The notes below the pieces were generated by a model, which made no database searches, had not been told where the DNA came from, and was given only the letters and a program-made list of their open reading frames with translations. Of a stretch of 64,000 nucleotides of DNA, positions 50,052-59,025 are shown in pieces. A program made the position numbers and the translations under genes. Position 1 is the stretch's first letter; each line of letters begins with the position of its first letter. This DNA is from Thermoplasmata archaeon (lineage in GTDB: Archaea; Thermoplasmatota; Thermoplasmata; Thermoplasmatales; GCA-001856825), in NCBI GenBank assembly GCA_021792255.1, contig JAJYUZ010000001.1, positions 1-64,000 of the forward strand, read 5' to 3'.

Positions 50052-50435
50052 TTATATTGCAAAAGAATCTAGCAGGGAAAACATTTCCTCTTCGTATTTT
50101 CTGATTTGGTTAGATGCCTCTGGATAGACGTAGTCGGTGACCTGAGTGACGCTGAGAACCCTAATTTTTGTGATCTTACCTTCTTGATAGATTATCATCT
50201 TGCACGGAACAAACAGACCATTCAAGTCGTCTTTACCAATGATTTCTTTAGCTGCAGTAGGCTTGCATATCTCAAGTATGTGATAGTCTTTGAAGTCATA
50301 GTTCAGAGCGTTCTTTAGTATGTTCTTCACATTTATGTCAGCAATGACTACGTACCCTCCTTTCTTAAGGTGGACGAGAAGGGCTGCCATGACATCATCA
50401 ATATTCGATTCAATTTCTTTCGCCGAATAGAACAT
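50052..50435 (-). CDS. DUF302 domain protein
   Basis: YHILEICKP..A and GLFVPCK motifs. Confidence 0.85.
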   Translation of the reverse strand: MFYSAKEIESNIDDVMAALLVHLKKGGYVVIADINVKNILKNALNYDFKDYHILEICKPTAAKEIIGKDDLNGLFVPCKMIIYQEGKITKIRVLSVTQVTDYVYPEASNQIRKYEEEMFSLLDSFAI

Positions 50436-50552
50436 TTTATGAATTATAGAATCGAAAATAAGAATCTTTTGTCTCTTGTAATTTTGTTCCGCTAGACTTT
50501 TCCAATACCTTTGATAAATGTACGATAAAGATGAGAAACCGGCAAAATAATT

Positions 50553-50589
50553 AAAAGAGCATCTCGACCGACGTCGTTCTGCTCTTTTT
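50553..50589. terminator. Hairpin with A/T-tract arms (terminator-like)
   Basis: aaaagagca-N-tgctctttt inverted repeat just downstream of the 59-aa ORF. Confidence 0.55.
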
Positions 50590-50608
50590 TACCGAGTGAT
50601 GGTCAGTC

Positions 50609-50788
50609 TCACTGTCTCTTTTGCAACAGATTTGTGATTACGGTGTGTGCGTGTGTCATAGCTGGCACGTGGTTCAGTGCATTGGTGAGTCCTATTACAT
50701 TTCCCATATGTGCCGCAGCTATCGTTGTTCCCGCTACACTCCCTGCAATCGCCAATCCTTTTGCAATCGCCAATCCTGTAATTGTCAT
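50609..50788 (-). CDS. Small hydrophobic Gly/Ala/His-rich protein (59 aa)
   Basis: MTITGLAIAKGLAIAGSVAGTTIAAAHMGNVIGLTNALNHVPAMTHAHTVITNLLQKRQ; TTTAAAA box about 25 nt upstream; downstream hairpin; below the ORF-track size cutoff. Confidence 0.7.
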   Translation of the reverse strand: MTITGLAIAKGLAIAGSVAGTTIAAAHMGNVIGLTNALNHVPAMTHAHTVITNLLQKRQ

Positions 50789-51033
50789 ATTCTAAGCATT
50801 TCACTGGCATTTTAAAGGTATTGGTACAAAAGTCTAAGGATTTGAAAAATGCCCTAGAGGCTGTAGAAATGACTATTGAATATGAAACGCTAGCTCTATT
50901 GGTAATTCAAGTACTCTGTGACGGTAAAATAAGTGACCTAAATAATCTCTCTTGAATTCATTTATTCATTTTTTTCATTTTACAATTCCCAGAAAAAGTT
51001 CAAATAATTGAGAGAAAATATCAACCGAGTATT

Positions 51034-51261
51034 ATGAGGGAGGGGAACTTAGACAAAGAGTACATTTCTGGTAGAAGAGATCAGTACGACTTAGACCTGA
51101 CGACCTTTTGGGAGAGCGTAAAGGAAACAAAGTCCCGAGAAGAATTGATACGAGTTTTTAGAGACAAAATGTCATTGATAATCTCGCGGCTTGCATTCGA
51201 GAGGGCGAAAAATCTACAAATGGAAATAGAACTGATGGACCAATTCTACCACGGAGACTAG
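51034..51261 (+). CDS. Hypothetical helical protein (75 aa)
   Basis: ATG-started ORF converging on the wHTH gene; no motif recognised. Confidence 0.55.
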   Translation: MREGNLDKEYISGRRDQYDLDLTTFWESVKETKSREELIRVFRDKMSLIISRLAFERAKNLQMEIELMDQFYHGD

Positions 51262-51263
51262 GC

Positions 51264-51542
51264 TCAAGACTCCTTGAGCAGAGCCTCAATTTCCTTGACT
51301 TTCAGTGCGATCTGGCGGCCCTTGTTCGTGAGAGTAATAATATTTCGTTTCGGATAGCTCGAACTATCGATTTTCTTCTGTATCAGCTTAAGATCTATCA
51401 ACAACTCTACTGACCTAAGGAGTTGAATATTTGGGATGTCAGTTTCCTTTAAAATCAAGGTAACGTAAGATGGTCCTTTCAGTAGGTACAAAAGAAGCCT
51501 CATTGCACCAGATTGAGTCTCCAGTGCTTTGATCAACACCAT
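51264..51542 (-). CDS. Winged-helix transcriptional regulator (MarR/HxlR-like)
   Basis: LLRSVELLIDLKLI...LTNKGRQIA wHTH pattern. Confidence 0.8.
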   Translation of the reverse strand: MVLIKALETQSGAMRLLLYLLKGPSYVTLILKETDIPNIQLLRSVELLIDLKLIQKKIDSSSYPKRNIITLTNKGRQIALKVKEIEALLKES

Positions 51543-51645
51543 GATTAATTATTAATTATGTACTAAATAATAAGTCATATTCCATTATAGATTAGATAAT
51601 AGATAATGTTCTATACTAGCCCGTCATTAACCAGGTGCTATTAAA

Positions 51646-51903
51646 ATGACGGATGAGAGACTTGTACGGGATTGTAATACAAGCAAAGGGTCTTCTTTGG
51701 GTCGCTTAATAAGAAACAGAGATATTAGTGACATTTCCCTCTACTTAAATATCTCAAAGGTAGTTAGAAAGAGAGATAAAACCGAAATAGTATCCGACAT
51801 ATTTTCTGATCGAGTCATTTGTGAAATAGTTACTAGGACAAAGGTGGGTATTCCTTCAAAATCTTGTCATTTGAGAGAAGAGGCTGTACAAATATGGGTA
51901 TGA
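51646..51903 (+). CDS. Hypothetical protein (possibly degenerate), divergent from the wHTH gene
   Basis: AGGTG SD upstream of ATG; no motif. Confidence 0.4.
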   Translation: MTDERLVRDCNTSKGSSLGRLIRNRDISDISLYLNISKVVRKRDKTEIVSDIFSDRVICEIVTRTKVGIPSKSCHLREEAVQIWV

Positions 51904-52031
51904 TTATTCAAGGTTTTTCGGAAAAGTCTCTTGAAATTATCAAAAGGATATTAAAAGCTGAACAGGAACAGTCGGAAGTAGAGAACAGTACCAATAAGAG
52001 AAAAGAGACATTAGAAAGTAGGAAACACTAG
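51894..52031 (+). CDS. Small hypothetical protein (45 aa)
   Basis: MGMIIQGFSEKSLEIIKRILKAEQEQSEVENSTNKRKETLESRKH; overlaps the previous stop; GAGG upstream. Confidence 0.4.
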   Translation: MGMIIQGFSEKSLEIIKRILKAEQEQSEVENSTNKRKETLESRKH

Positions 52032-52278
52032 CAACTTTCTAAAAGCTTAGAGAAAATCATGCACATTTGAGCAATATTTATCGAGCTCGGAGAGCAATTA
52101 CTCAATTTCGTTCTTCACTGCTTTGGAGCTGTTTGTTCGTATGATATTATGACGGACAAGATCTAGCGTGGTCCACTGCTTGGATCTAATTGGAAGAATA
52201 GCCACAGAGTTTTGACATTTCGGCATAAAGAGAAATATTGTTACTTAGGGTGAAATAAAAAAATAAAAAATTAAGGAA

Positions 52279-53646
52279 TTAAGTGGCGCTAATGGTCTCA
52301 GGTTCTTTGACTTTCAGAATTGGAATTGCCACTGCGACGAAAGAGAGGAAGAGTAGCCAGAGTCCTATTGCTTCCACATACCAAGATAGATCCATTGTAT
52401 AGACCTGTAGACCAACGAATCCCAGAACTATTCCAGATATTCCCAAGTATGCTGGCAATCTTAAACTCTTTTCTGCAGTTTTTCCATAGTAGTAGAGGGT
52501 TACAAAGAACGTGGCCCCAATAATTAGCATTAGGAAGATGTACAGCAAATGTCCGTCAGAAAAAGCTTGATCATATAAGGCGCCTGCCCCTTGAGTTGGA
52601 TCACCAAATCCATAGTATACTTCATTGAACTCTATGAGGAAACCGATGCCAAACATTGCTGCCACTGCTCCAACCCATGTGCCCATCGTTGCTACCTGAA
52701 TGTACTTCCCTCCCTTTGATGAATTAAGGGTCTTCACCAGCCCGAAAATCGCTATGATTGCACCAATTCCTATCAACCCAGTCTGAGTATCATCGAGCGC
52801 CAGACCGTTTGCTCCTCCAGCTCCAGAAACGAACACTGCTGGAATTACATAAGTTCCGAAAGTAGATATCCAGTACAATGAAGACATCGAGATTATGCCT
52901 ATTATCGAAACGACCAGTCCGAGATTAACGATCGTTCTGTAACCCTTGGACAGTTTCTGGTATCCAAATATTACAGTCGTCAACCCTACTAATCCACCCA
53001 TGATAGCAGGAGGGATCATGTGTGAGTGCATCGTCCACGCATTTCCTAGAAATGTAGAAGTTCCACCTATAGAATCTACGTAATTTTGGAAAAACGCAAG
53101 AGATGAATATCCGTTGTTCACATTTCCCCATTCGAGGATCATTCCAACAAAGCCGGCAATGGAAGCTGCTATTGAAGCCAGAAGAACCACGATGTATGCT
53201 CCCCACGTATTCTTAAAGTCATTCTTGTTCTTGAACGGATACATTAATAGTCCAATTACAAGCAGCACTGCGGCTAAAACGACTATAACGTCCCTGACGC
53301 CTTGGGCAATTTCGTCTGCCAGAACCATGCTTGAAGCGGTTGGATAGAAGAGCACTAGTCCGATAACTGAAAATATGAGTACCGGGTAAGTAGAGATGTT
53401 CATAAGTTTTTGAATAATCTTCGGAAGACTGAATACCCTTGCCGTTACCAGTATTATAAGGAGTGCAAGCGGAATCATGATTGTGTGGTAAAAATTCACC
53501 ACATCTAGGGTAAAATCACCCAATCTGAACCACGTGACTCCTGGGAAAAGCGGGCTTATTAGAAGCATCAGCGCGGTGTAGATCATAATGGCCGCAACGT
53601 TCTTCCTGGTGTCAAGCAGAATTGATAAAAATTTGTTCTCGCTCAT
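52279..53646 (-). CDS. Polytopic membrane protein (about 12 TM) with intramembrane His residues, possible heme-binding protein
   Basis: FYHTIMIP, MHSHMIPP, DGHLL in or near TM segments; T-rich terminator tract follows the stop. Confidence 0.75.
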   Translation of the reverse strand: MSENKFLSILLDTRKNVAAIMIYTALMLLISPLFPGVTWFRLGDFTLDVVNFYHTIMIPLALLIILVTARVFSLPKIIQKLMNISTYPVLIFSVIGLVLFYPTASSMVLADEIAQGVRDVIVVLAAVLLVIGLLMYPFKNKNDFKNTWGAYIVVLLASIAASIAGFVGMILEWGNVNNGYSSLAFFQNYVDSIGGTSTFLGNAWTMHSHMIPPAIMGGLVGLTTVIFGYQKLSKGYRTIVNLGLVVSIIGIISMSSLYWISTFGTYVIPAVFVSGAGGANGLALDDTQTGLIGIGAIIAIFGLVKTLNSSKGGKYIQVATMGTWVGAVAAMFGIGFLIEFNEVYYGFGDPTQGAGALYDQAFSDGHLLYIFLMLIIGATFFVTLYYYGKTAEKSLRLPAYLGISGIVLGFVGLQVYTMDLSWYVEAIGLWLLFLSFVAVAIPILKVKEPETISAT

Positions 53647-54116
53647 CTAGGTCACACATAATAATCGCAGTGCTCTTTAAAAATCTTTTGATATTTTGGT
53701 GTTGTTATAAAATTCCAGAGCTACAAAAAATTTAAGTACGACATAATAAAAAAATTGCAGTATAATTTTGGAACCAACACCTTATCTTTCCTGATAAAAT
53801 GAGGTTACCTCAGAAGAAAAACACTAAATGAAAAAGGGACAACCTCAAACTGATGGATCAACTCCAAACTGAGGGTTCGTTCAGAGATGAGTATGCCAAA
53901 AAATGATACAATACCCCCTGTCGGAGTATCAGGAAAAGAGGGAAGGGGCAGTGATACTGATGAAAAAAAATCCCGATGATGCACCTTACGTCGCCTGCTT
54001 CCTCGCTTTAAGGTGCGATGGTATAGGTCGAATGACTTAGACTTCAAAGAATACATAAGATTAAAGTCTTTCAAACCAAAGATTTAGTCCGAAAGATCTG
54101 AAAATGCAACTTACTT

Positions 54117-54629
54117 CTAATCTGTTAAAAAATTTGGATTATCCCGCATTATCTCACCTACTATGTGTTCTGGTGATTTTGAAGTTGTATCGAGATAATT
54201 TCTTGGTTTAGGGTTAAGAACATTGAACTCTTCAAGTAAAACTAGGCATCGTTCCCCCATAGATTCTTTCCTTTCATCATCTCTTTGTAACAAAGAGCTC
54301 ATGTCAGCAAGAAGAATCACGTATTTTGTGATGACGTCTCTTTTTCCGATTGCATCTTTTAGATACCTCACTTTGCTGGGGAAAACCACTGCATCAATCA
54401 CAACATCAAGACCAAAATCTACAAAATTTTTCGTGAGTCCGACGATATTATTCCATGTCAAATTGTCCTGCCTTTCGTCTTTCCAAGGAGCTAAATGTCC
54501 TCCCACTATCATATGATGCACTTGGTCTCCGGAAATCAGTGCACTTCTAGAGAGCACATTGGCTATCCTTTTTGAAATTGTCGACTTTCCGACTGCTGGA
54601 GGACCTGAGATGATATAAATCGAATTCAC
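54117..54629 (-). CDS. P-loop nucleotide kinase-like (AAA_33/NMP kinase) protein
   Basis: YIISGPPAVGKST, DVVID, LLQRDDER, LDTT. Confidence 0.82.
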   Translation of the reverse strand: MNSIYIISGPPAVGKSTISKRIANVLSRSALISGDQVHHMIVGGHLAPWKDERQDNLTWNNIVGLTKNFVDFGLDVVIDAVVFPSKVRYLKDAIGKRDVITKYVILLADMSSLLQRDDERKESMGERCLVLLEEFNVLNPKPRNYLDTTSKSPEHIVGEIMRDNPNFLTD

Positions 54630-54700
54630 GTTCTAAGTAATTGCTTGGTTTTTAATAACTTTCCTGGGTGGGCATATTGGTGCGGTCAAATATAACCCGA

Positions 54701-54839
54701 TGGGCGCACTGGGATTTGAACCCAGATCTGCGGGTATCTCTTAGGGTCATCGCTCCAGTTAATCATCAAGATCAGATGACCCACATTTAATCAAACCCTA
54801 ACTGGAGCCCGCTAGGATGCCTGACTACCCCATGCGCCC
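54701..54839 (-). tRNA. tRNA-Trp(CCA) with 66-nt intron at 37/38 (intron 54736-54801)
   Basis: Acceptor stem GGGCGCA/TGCGCCC, anticodon arm GCGGG-CT-CCA-G^A-CCCGC, T-loop GTTCAAATC. Confidence 0.95.
54736..54801 (-). ncRNA. Intron-encoded box C/D guide sRNA for tRNA-Trp anticodon-arm methylation
   Basis: Terminal stem TTAGGGT/ACCCTAA; D' CTGA, C' TGATGA; guide AACTGGAG complementary to CTCCAGTT (anticodon loop/intron junction); GTGGGT complementary to the 3' anticodon stem. Confidence 0.75.
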
Positions 54840-54842
54840 AGT

Positions 54843-54950
54843 TTAACTCCTAGATGCTCGTCTGATCCTCTTCAGTCTCCGCATTCTTTTCTTCCGCCAT
54901 TTCCATCGCATCTTGTGTCTTTTCTTCCAGTCTCTAGAACTCCTTCTCAT
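54843..54950 (-). CDS. rpl41e: Ribosomal protein eL41 (eS32) with N-terminal extension, 35 aa
   Basis: MRRSSRDWKKRHK-MRWKWRKKRMRRLKRIRRASRS; AGGTG SD; below the ORF-track size cutoff. Confidence 0.88.
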   Translation of the reverse strand: MRRSSRDWKKRHKMRWKWRKKRMRRLKRIRRASRS

Positions 54951-55055
54951 CAGAGCACCTTTTCTAACCGTTATCACAAAGTCAATTTAAGGGTTTGTAT
55001 GGCAGCCATAGGCTAAAATAAAGGGGATAAAAATCAAAAGGGGAAAAAATCGACT

Positions 55056-55304
55056 CTATTTCATTTCTAGTACAACGACATCCTTCACGGATCTCATGGT
55101 CTTGAAGGGAATGACAAGTCTTCCCTGAGCATCCTTTTGCTGAGAGTCCGTTGCGATGTCCTCCGCAGGATTCACAAGAACGTGATTGATTTGTCCCGTG
55201 TCTGTATCAACCATGAAATTTGATATCGTACCTAGTATGAGCCCTTCGCTGGTCATTACCGTCTTACCCTTCAATTCTGTTACGAACTTTCTCATTTTAT
55301 TCAC
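55056..55304 (-). CDS. PRC-barrel domain protein (CdpB-like)
   Basis: ELKGKTVMTSEG..LGTISN..VDTDTG.I..V...IPF...SVKDVVV. Confidence 0.85.
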   Translation of the reverse strand: MNKMRKFVTELKGKTVMTSEGLILGTISNFMVDTDTGQINHVLVNPAEDIATDSQQKDAQGRLVIPFKTMRSVKDVVVLEMK

Positions 55305-57523
55305 CTATAGTATATCAGGTCCTCTCGGCGAGCAGGCTTGGATTCCCTGCTCATGTTCTTAGATACTTCTTCGTAATATTTTATTGTTTCCTCGTCCAGA
55401 CTCGGTTTTACCCTTCTCAGTGCTTTCTCAAAATCTGCCATCGTCACTGTCTTTGCATTGATGTTTTGTCGAATAGCCTCTAGGCCTGCTTCTCTTACTA
55501 CATTCTCGATGTCGGCTCCGGTGTAATTTTCTGTTTTCTCCGCCAGAGTTTCGAGATTGACACTAGATCCAATTGGCATTTTCTTTGTATGGACTTTTAA
55601 TATCTTGAGTCTTGCTTCTTTTGTCGGAGGACCGATGTAAATAATCCTATCGAATCTCCCAGCTCTTAACAGAGCCGGGTCTATAATGTCCAGTCTGTTC
55701 GTTGCGGCAAGAATCACCACACCCTTCATTGCCTCCATTCCGTCCATACTTGTTAATAGTTGATTCACTATTCTGTCCGTCACGCCGGACGAAGCAAACA
55801 TTCCCCTTCTAGGTGCGATCGCATCGAGCTCATCTAAGAAAACGATCGTGGGGGCACTCTGCTTTGCTTTCTTGAATATCTCCCTGACTGCTTTTTCAGA
55901 TTCACCAACCCACTTGCTCATGACCTCTGGCCCTTTGATGGAAATGAAATTTGACTGGCTCTCGGTAGCGACTGCTTTTGCTAGTAGTGTCTTTCCTGTT
56001 CCAGGTGGTCCGAAGAAGAGTATCCCTCTAGACGGTTTGAAGCCCATTCTATCAAATACCTCTGGATTCTTTACGGGCATTTCGACCGTTTCCAAAAGTT
56101 CCTTCTTCACGTCTTCAAGGTTACCTACCTCTTCCCATCGGACATTGGGTATTTCGATCGTGACTTCTCTGAGAGACGAAGGTTCAATCTCTTTGAGTGC
56201 TGTAAAGAAATCTTCATTGGAAACGTGCATTTTTTCCAATATTTCTGTCGGAATTGGATTATCAAGATCTATTTCGGGGAGATATCGCCTCAGCGCTTTC
56301 ATAGCGGCTTCTCTTGAAAGAGCAGCCAAGTCTGCACCAACGAATCCGTGAGTGAGAGAGGATAATTCTTCGAGGAGCGTTTCCCTCTCCTCTGGCTTGC
56401 CTTCGAAGGGCATTCCTCTTGAGTGAATCTGAAGGATTTCCTTCCTTCCATTCTTGTCCGGGACTCCTATCTCTATTTCCCTGTCAAATCTTCCAGGTCT
56501 TCTTAGAGCCGGATCGACTGCTTCCAGTCTGTTCGTTGCAGCGATGACTATCACTTGGCCCCTGCTCTTAAGTCCGTCCATCAGAGTCAACAACTGAGCA
56601 ACTACTCTTCGCTCAAGCTCTCCCTGCGTTTCTTCTCTCTTAGGGGCAATTGAGTCTATTTCATCAATGAAGATTATTGATGGAGATTCTTTGGATGCCT
56701 TGTCAAAAGTTTCCCTCAGTGCCTTTTCACTCTCTCCATAAAATTTATTGATTATCTCAGGACCATTTATTGAATAGAACCTTGCACCCGATTCGTTTGC
56801 AACTGCCTTCGCTATTAGCGTTTTGCCTGTGCCTGGTGGACCGAACAGGATAACTCCTTTTGGAGGATCAATGCCCAGTCTCTCAAACAATTCAGGATGC
56901 TTCAAAGGCAGCTCAATCATCTCTCTGACCTTTCTCAGCTCTTCTCCTAGACCTCCAATATCTTCATAAGTTATCTTTTCCCCCTCTTCTTCCGCATTTA
57001 TAGCCTCTTCTCGCATCTCAATCATGGTCTCTTCCGTGACCATGAAAATCCCTCGACCGCCTCCGATCTTTGCTACCTTGAAAGAAACTCCGCCCTTACT
57101 GGTGAGGGCAAGGCCCTGGACGGAAATAATGTCACCTTCGACTATCGGTCTTCTGAGAAGCGATCTTCTTACATAGTCTTCAATTCCAGGCGCAAAGCGT
57201 ATTCTCTGATTCTCAGCAATTATCGGTGCTAAAACGAGAGTTTCTGCGGGCTTTACATCTGCCTTAGAGACCTTGATTTTGTCTCCTACCCTAACTCCCG
57301 AATTTTGCCTGACTAGTGGATCAATTCTTATTATTCCTCTGTTCTCTTCCTCCTCGCTTAACCTAAATACTCTCGCTGCAGTGATTTTCTTCCCTTCTAT
57401 CTTGATGATTTCTCCTATCGATACACCCAAAGCTTCTCTTGTGGCCTGGTCTATCCTTGCTCTGATAAGTCCGACATCCTCCTGGAGAGCTTCCCAGACG
57501 ACCAAATTTATGTAATCAACCAT
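55301..57523 (-). CDS. cdc48: CDC48/VAT AAA+ ATPase
   Basis: N domain, two GPPGTGKT Walker A motifs, [11 protein letters not shown] and LLRAGRFDR. Confidence 0.96.
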   Translation of the reverse strand: MVDYINLVVWEALQEDVGLIRARIDQATREALGVSIGEIIKIEGKKITAARVFRLSEEEENRGIIRIDPLVRQNSGVRVGDKIKVSKADVKPAETLVLAPIIAENQRIRFAPGIEDYVRRSLLRRPIVEGDIISVQGLALTSKGGVSFKVAKIGGGRGIFMVTEETMIEMREEAINAEEEGEKITYEDIGGLGEELRKVREMIELPLKHPELFERLGIDPPKGVILFGPPGTGKTLIAKAVANESGARFYSINGPEIINKFYGESEKALRETFDKASKESPSIIFIDEIDSIAPKREETQGELERRVVAQLLTLMDGLKSRGQVIVIAATNRLEAVDPALRRPGRFDREIEIGVPDKNGRKEILQIHSRGMPFEGKPEERETLLEELSSLTHGFVGADLAALSREAAMKALRRYLPEIDLDNPIPTEILEKMHVSNEDFFTALKEIEPSSLREVTIEIPNVRWEEVGNLEDVKKELLETVEMPVKNPEVFDRMGFKPSRGILFFGPPGTGKTLLAKAVATESQSNFISIKGPEVMSKWVGESEKAVREIFKKAKQSAPTIVFLDELDAIAPRRGMFASSGVTDRIVNQLLTSMDGMEAMKGVVILAATNRLDIIDPALLRAGRFDRIIYIGPPTKEARLKILKVHTKKMPIGSSVNLETLAEKTENYTGADIENVVREAGLEAIRQNINAKTVTMADFEKALRRVKPSLDEETIKYYEEVSKNMSRESKPARREDLIYYR

Positions 57524-57825
57524 AATTTCACTACTACGTTATTTAACATTGATATTTAATGATTTCTTAATACCTTGAGAGCTAACTCGCTTTCGCATAT
57601 TCCAGCTAACAATCCGAGGTAACTCTTCTAGATGCTGTAAATTATATCTGAAGAATTAAGAGGCCAACAGAGCCAAATTAAAGTCCTGTTGTGACAATTG
57701 TCTGACATTTTTTAAATTACTTGATTATGTTATACTTCATTCATTTTCAATCAAGCGGGATTTGACCCCAGAAAGTTGAATCTCAAACTCGTTAGCAAAA
57801 TATAAATATGGCGTCATACATATAG

Positions 57826-59016
57826 ATGACAGAGGTAATCGATATGCCCATGAAATCGATCATCAAAAGTGCCCTCGGAGACGAGGGAAGTTCCGCGAAC
57901 GATCCACAAACTGCAGGACCGGGTGTTATTGGTATTCAGAGTCCAAGGGCTCCGTTGGCGTCCCCTGACGACGAAGAGCTTTCAAAAATAGTTGAGCAAC
58001 TAAAGGTTGGAATAAAGATAGTTGGCTGCGGTGGCGGCGGGAGTAATACGATCAACAGATGCATGGAAGAAGGAGTTTTTGGTGCCGAAATGGTCGCCGC
58101 GAACACCGATGCGAAGCATCTTTTGACAGTAAAGGCCCACAGAAAAGTTCTGCTGGGTAAAAGAAATACAAGGGGTCTTGGTGCAGGAGCTATTCCTCAG
58201 GTCGGAGAAGAAGCGGCAAGAGAGGCCGAGGATGATATGCTAAATGCTTTAGGGAGAGTAGATATTGCATTCGTAACGGCTGGAATGGGTGGCGGAACAG
58301 GTACAGGGTCTGCACCTATAGTCGCTGATATTGCCAAGAGACAAAAAGCGCTTGTGATAAGCGTAGTCACTCTTCCATTCACCTCAGAAGGCAGGGTCAG
58401 AATGGAGAATGCACTGTTCGGATTAGAGAAGATTCGGAGGAATTCTGATACAACAATAGTAATACCGAACGACAAACTACTGCAACTGGTTCCAAGATTG
58501 CCACTAGATCAGGCGTTCAAGGTTGCAGATGGAATACTCATGGAAGCATTAAAGGGATTGACTGAAATCATAACTAAGCCAGGTCTGGTAAATCTTGATT
58601 ATGCAGATATAAAGACGATCATGGCCGGAGGAGGAGTGGCAATGATCGGAATAGGAGAGTCTGAGGGTACCGGTCAAAACAAAGTGGAGCAGGCAGTACA
58701 AGAAGCGATCTCTTCTCCACTAATCGAGGCCGATATTTCGGATGCAAAAGGTGCACTCGTAAGGGTAGTCGGCGATGATCAGATGTCCGTCGCAGAAGCA
58801 GAGGGTGCAGTCAGAATGGTCCAGCAAAGGGTCAGCCCAAGTGCAAGGATAATTTGGGGGGCCTCAATTGATCCATCCCTTAAAGGAGCAATAAAAGTAC
58901 TAGTAGTCTTGACAGGGGTCAAGTCTCCTTACATGCTAGGAGCAAAGGGAGAGCTTAGCGCCATTGCAAAGGCAGCTGGAGCCAAGGGACTGGACTGGAA
59001 TATAGATTCAGTCTGA
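57826..59016 (+). CDS. ftsZ: Cell division protein FtsZ (FtsZ1-like)
   Basis: GCGGGGSN, GMGGGTGTG, NLDYAD; archaeal N-terminal DEEL helix; TATAAATA box upstream. Confidence 0.97.
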   Translation: MTEVIDMPMKSIIKSALGDEGSSANDPQTAGPGVIGIQSPRAPLASPDDEELSKIVEQLKVGIKIVGCGGGGSNTINRCMEEGVFGAEMVAANTDAKHLLTVKAHRKVLLGKRNTRGLGAGAIPQVGEEAAREAEDDMLNALGRVDIAFVTAGMGGGTGTGSAPIVADIAKRQKALVISVVTLPFTSEGRVRMENALFGLEKIRRNSDTTIVIPNDKLLQLVPRLPLDQAFKVADGILMEALKGLTEIITKPGLVNLDYADIKTIMAGGGVAMIGIGESEGTGQNKVEQAVQEAISSPLIEADISDAKGALVRVVGDDQMSVAEAEGAVRMVQQRVSPSARIIWGASIDPSLKGAIKVLVVLTGVKSPYMLGAKGELSAIAKAAGAKGLDWNIDSV

Positions 59017-59025
59017 TGCGGTACC

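Noticed and set aside
50589-50810. 73-aa Cys-rich ORF (RIGDC repeats) resembling a metallothionein or RiPP precursor
   Set aside because: Its ATG lies inside the TATA box. The Cys residues arise from out-of-frame reading of Ala codons in the 59-aa ORF, which fits the promoter spacing.
52116-52188. Imperfect direct repeat cactgctttggagct / cactgcttggatct
   Set aside because: Only two short copies with no supporting context; could be chance.
53805-54074. 89-aa minus-strand ORF and short plus-strand ORFs
   Set aside because: No motif or convincing start signals; likely non-coding or decayed sequence.
49600-54700. Integrated element at tRNA-Trp
   Set aside because: No integrase and no duplicate of the tRNA 3' end found by eye; only composition and orphan ORFs hint at it.
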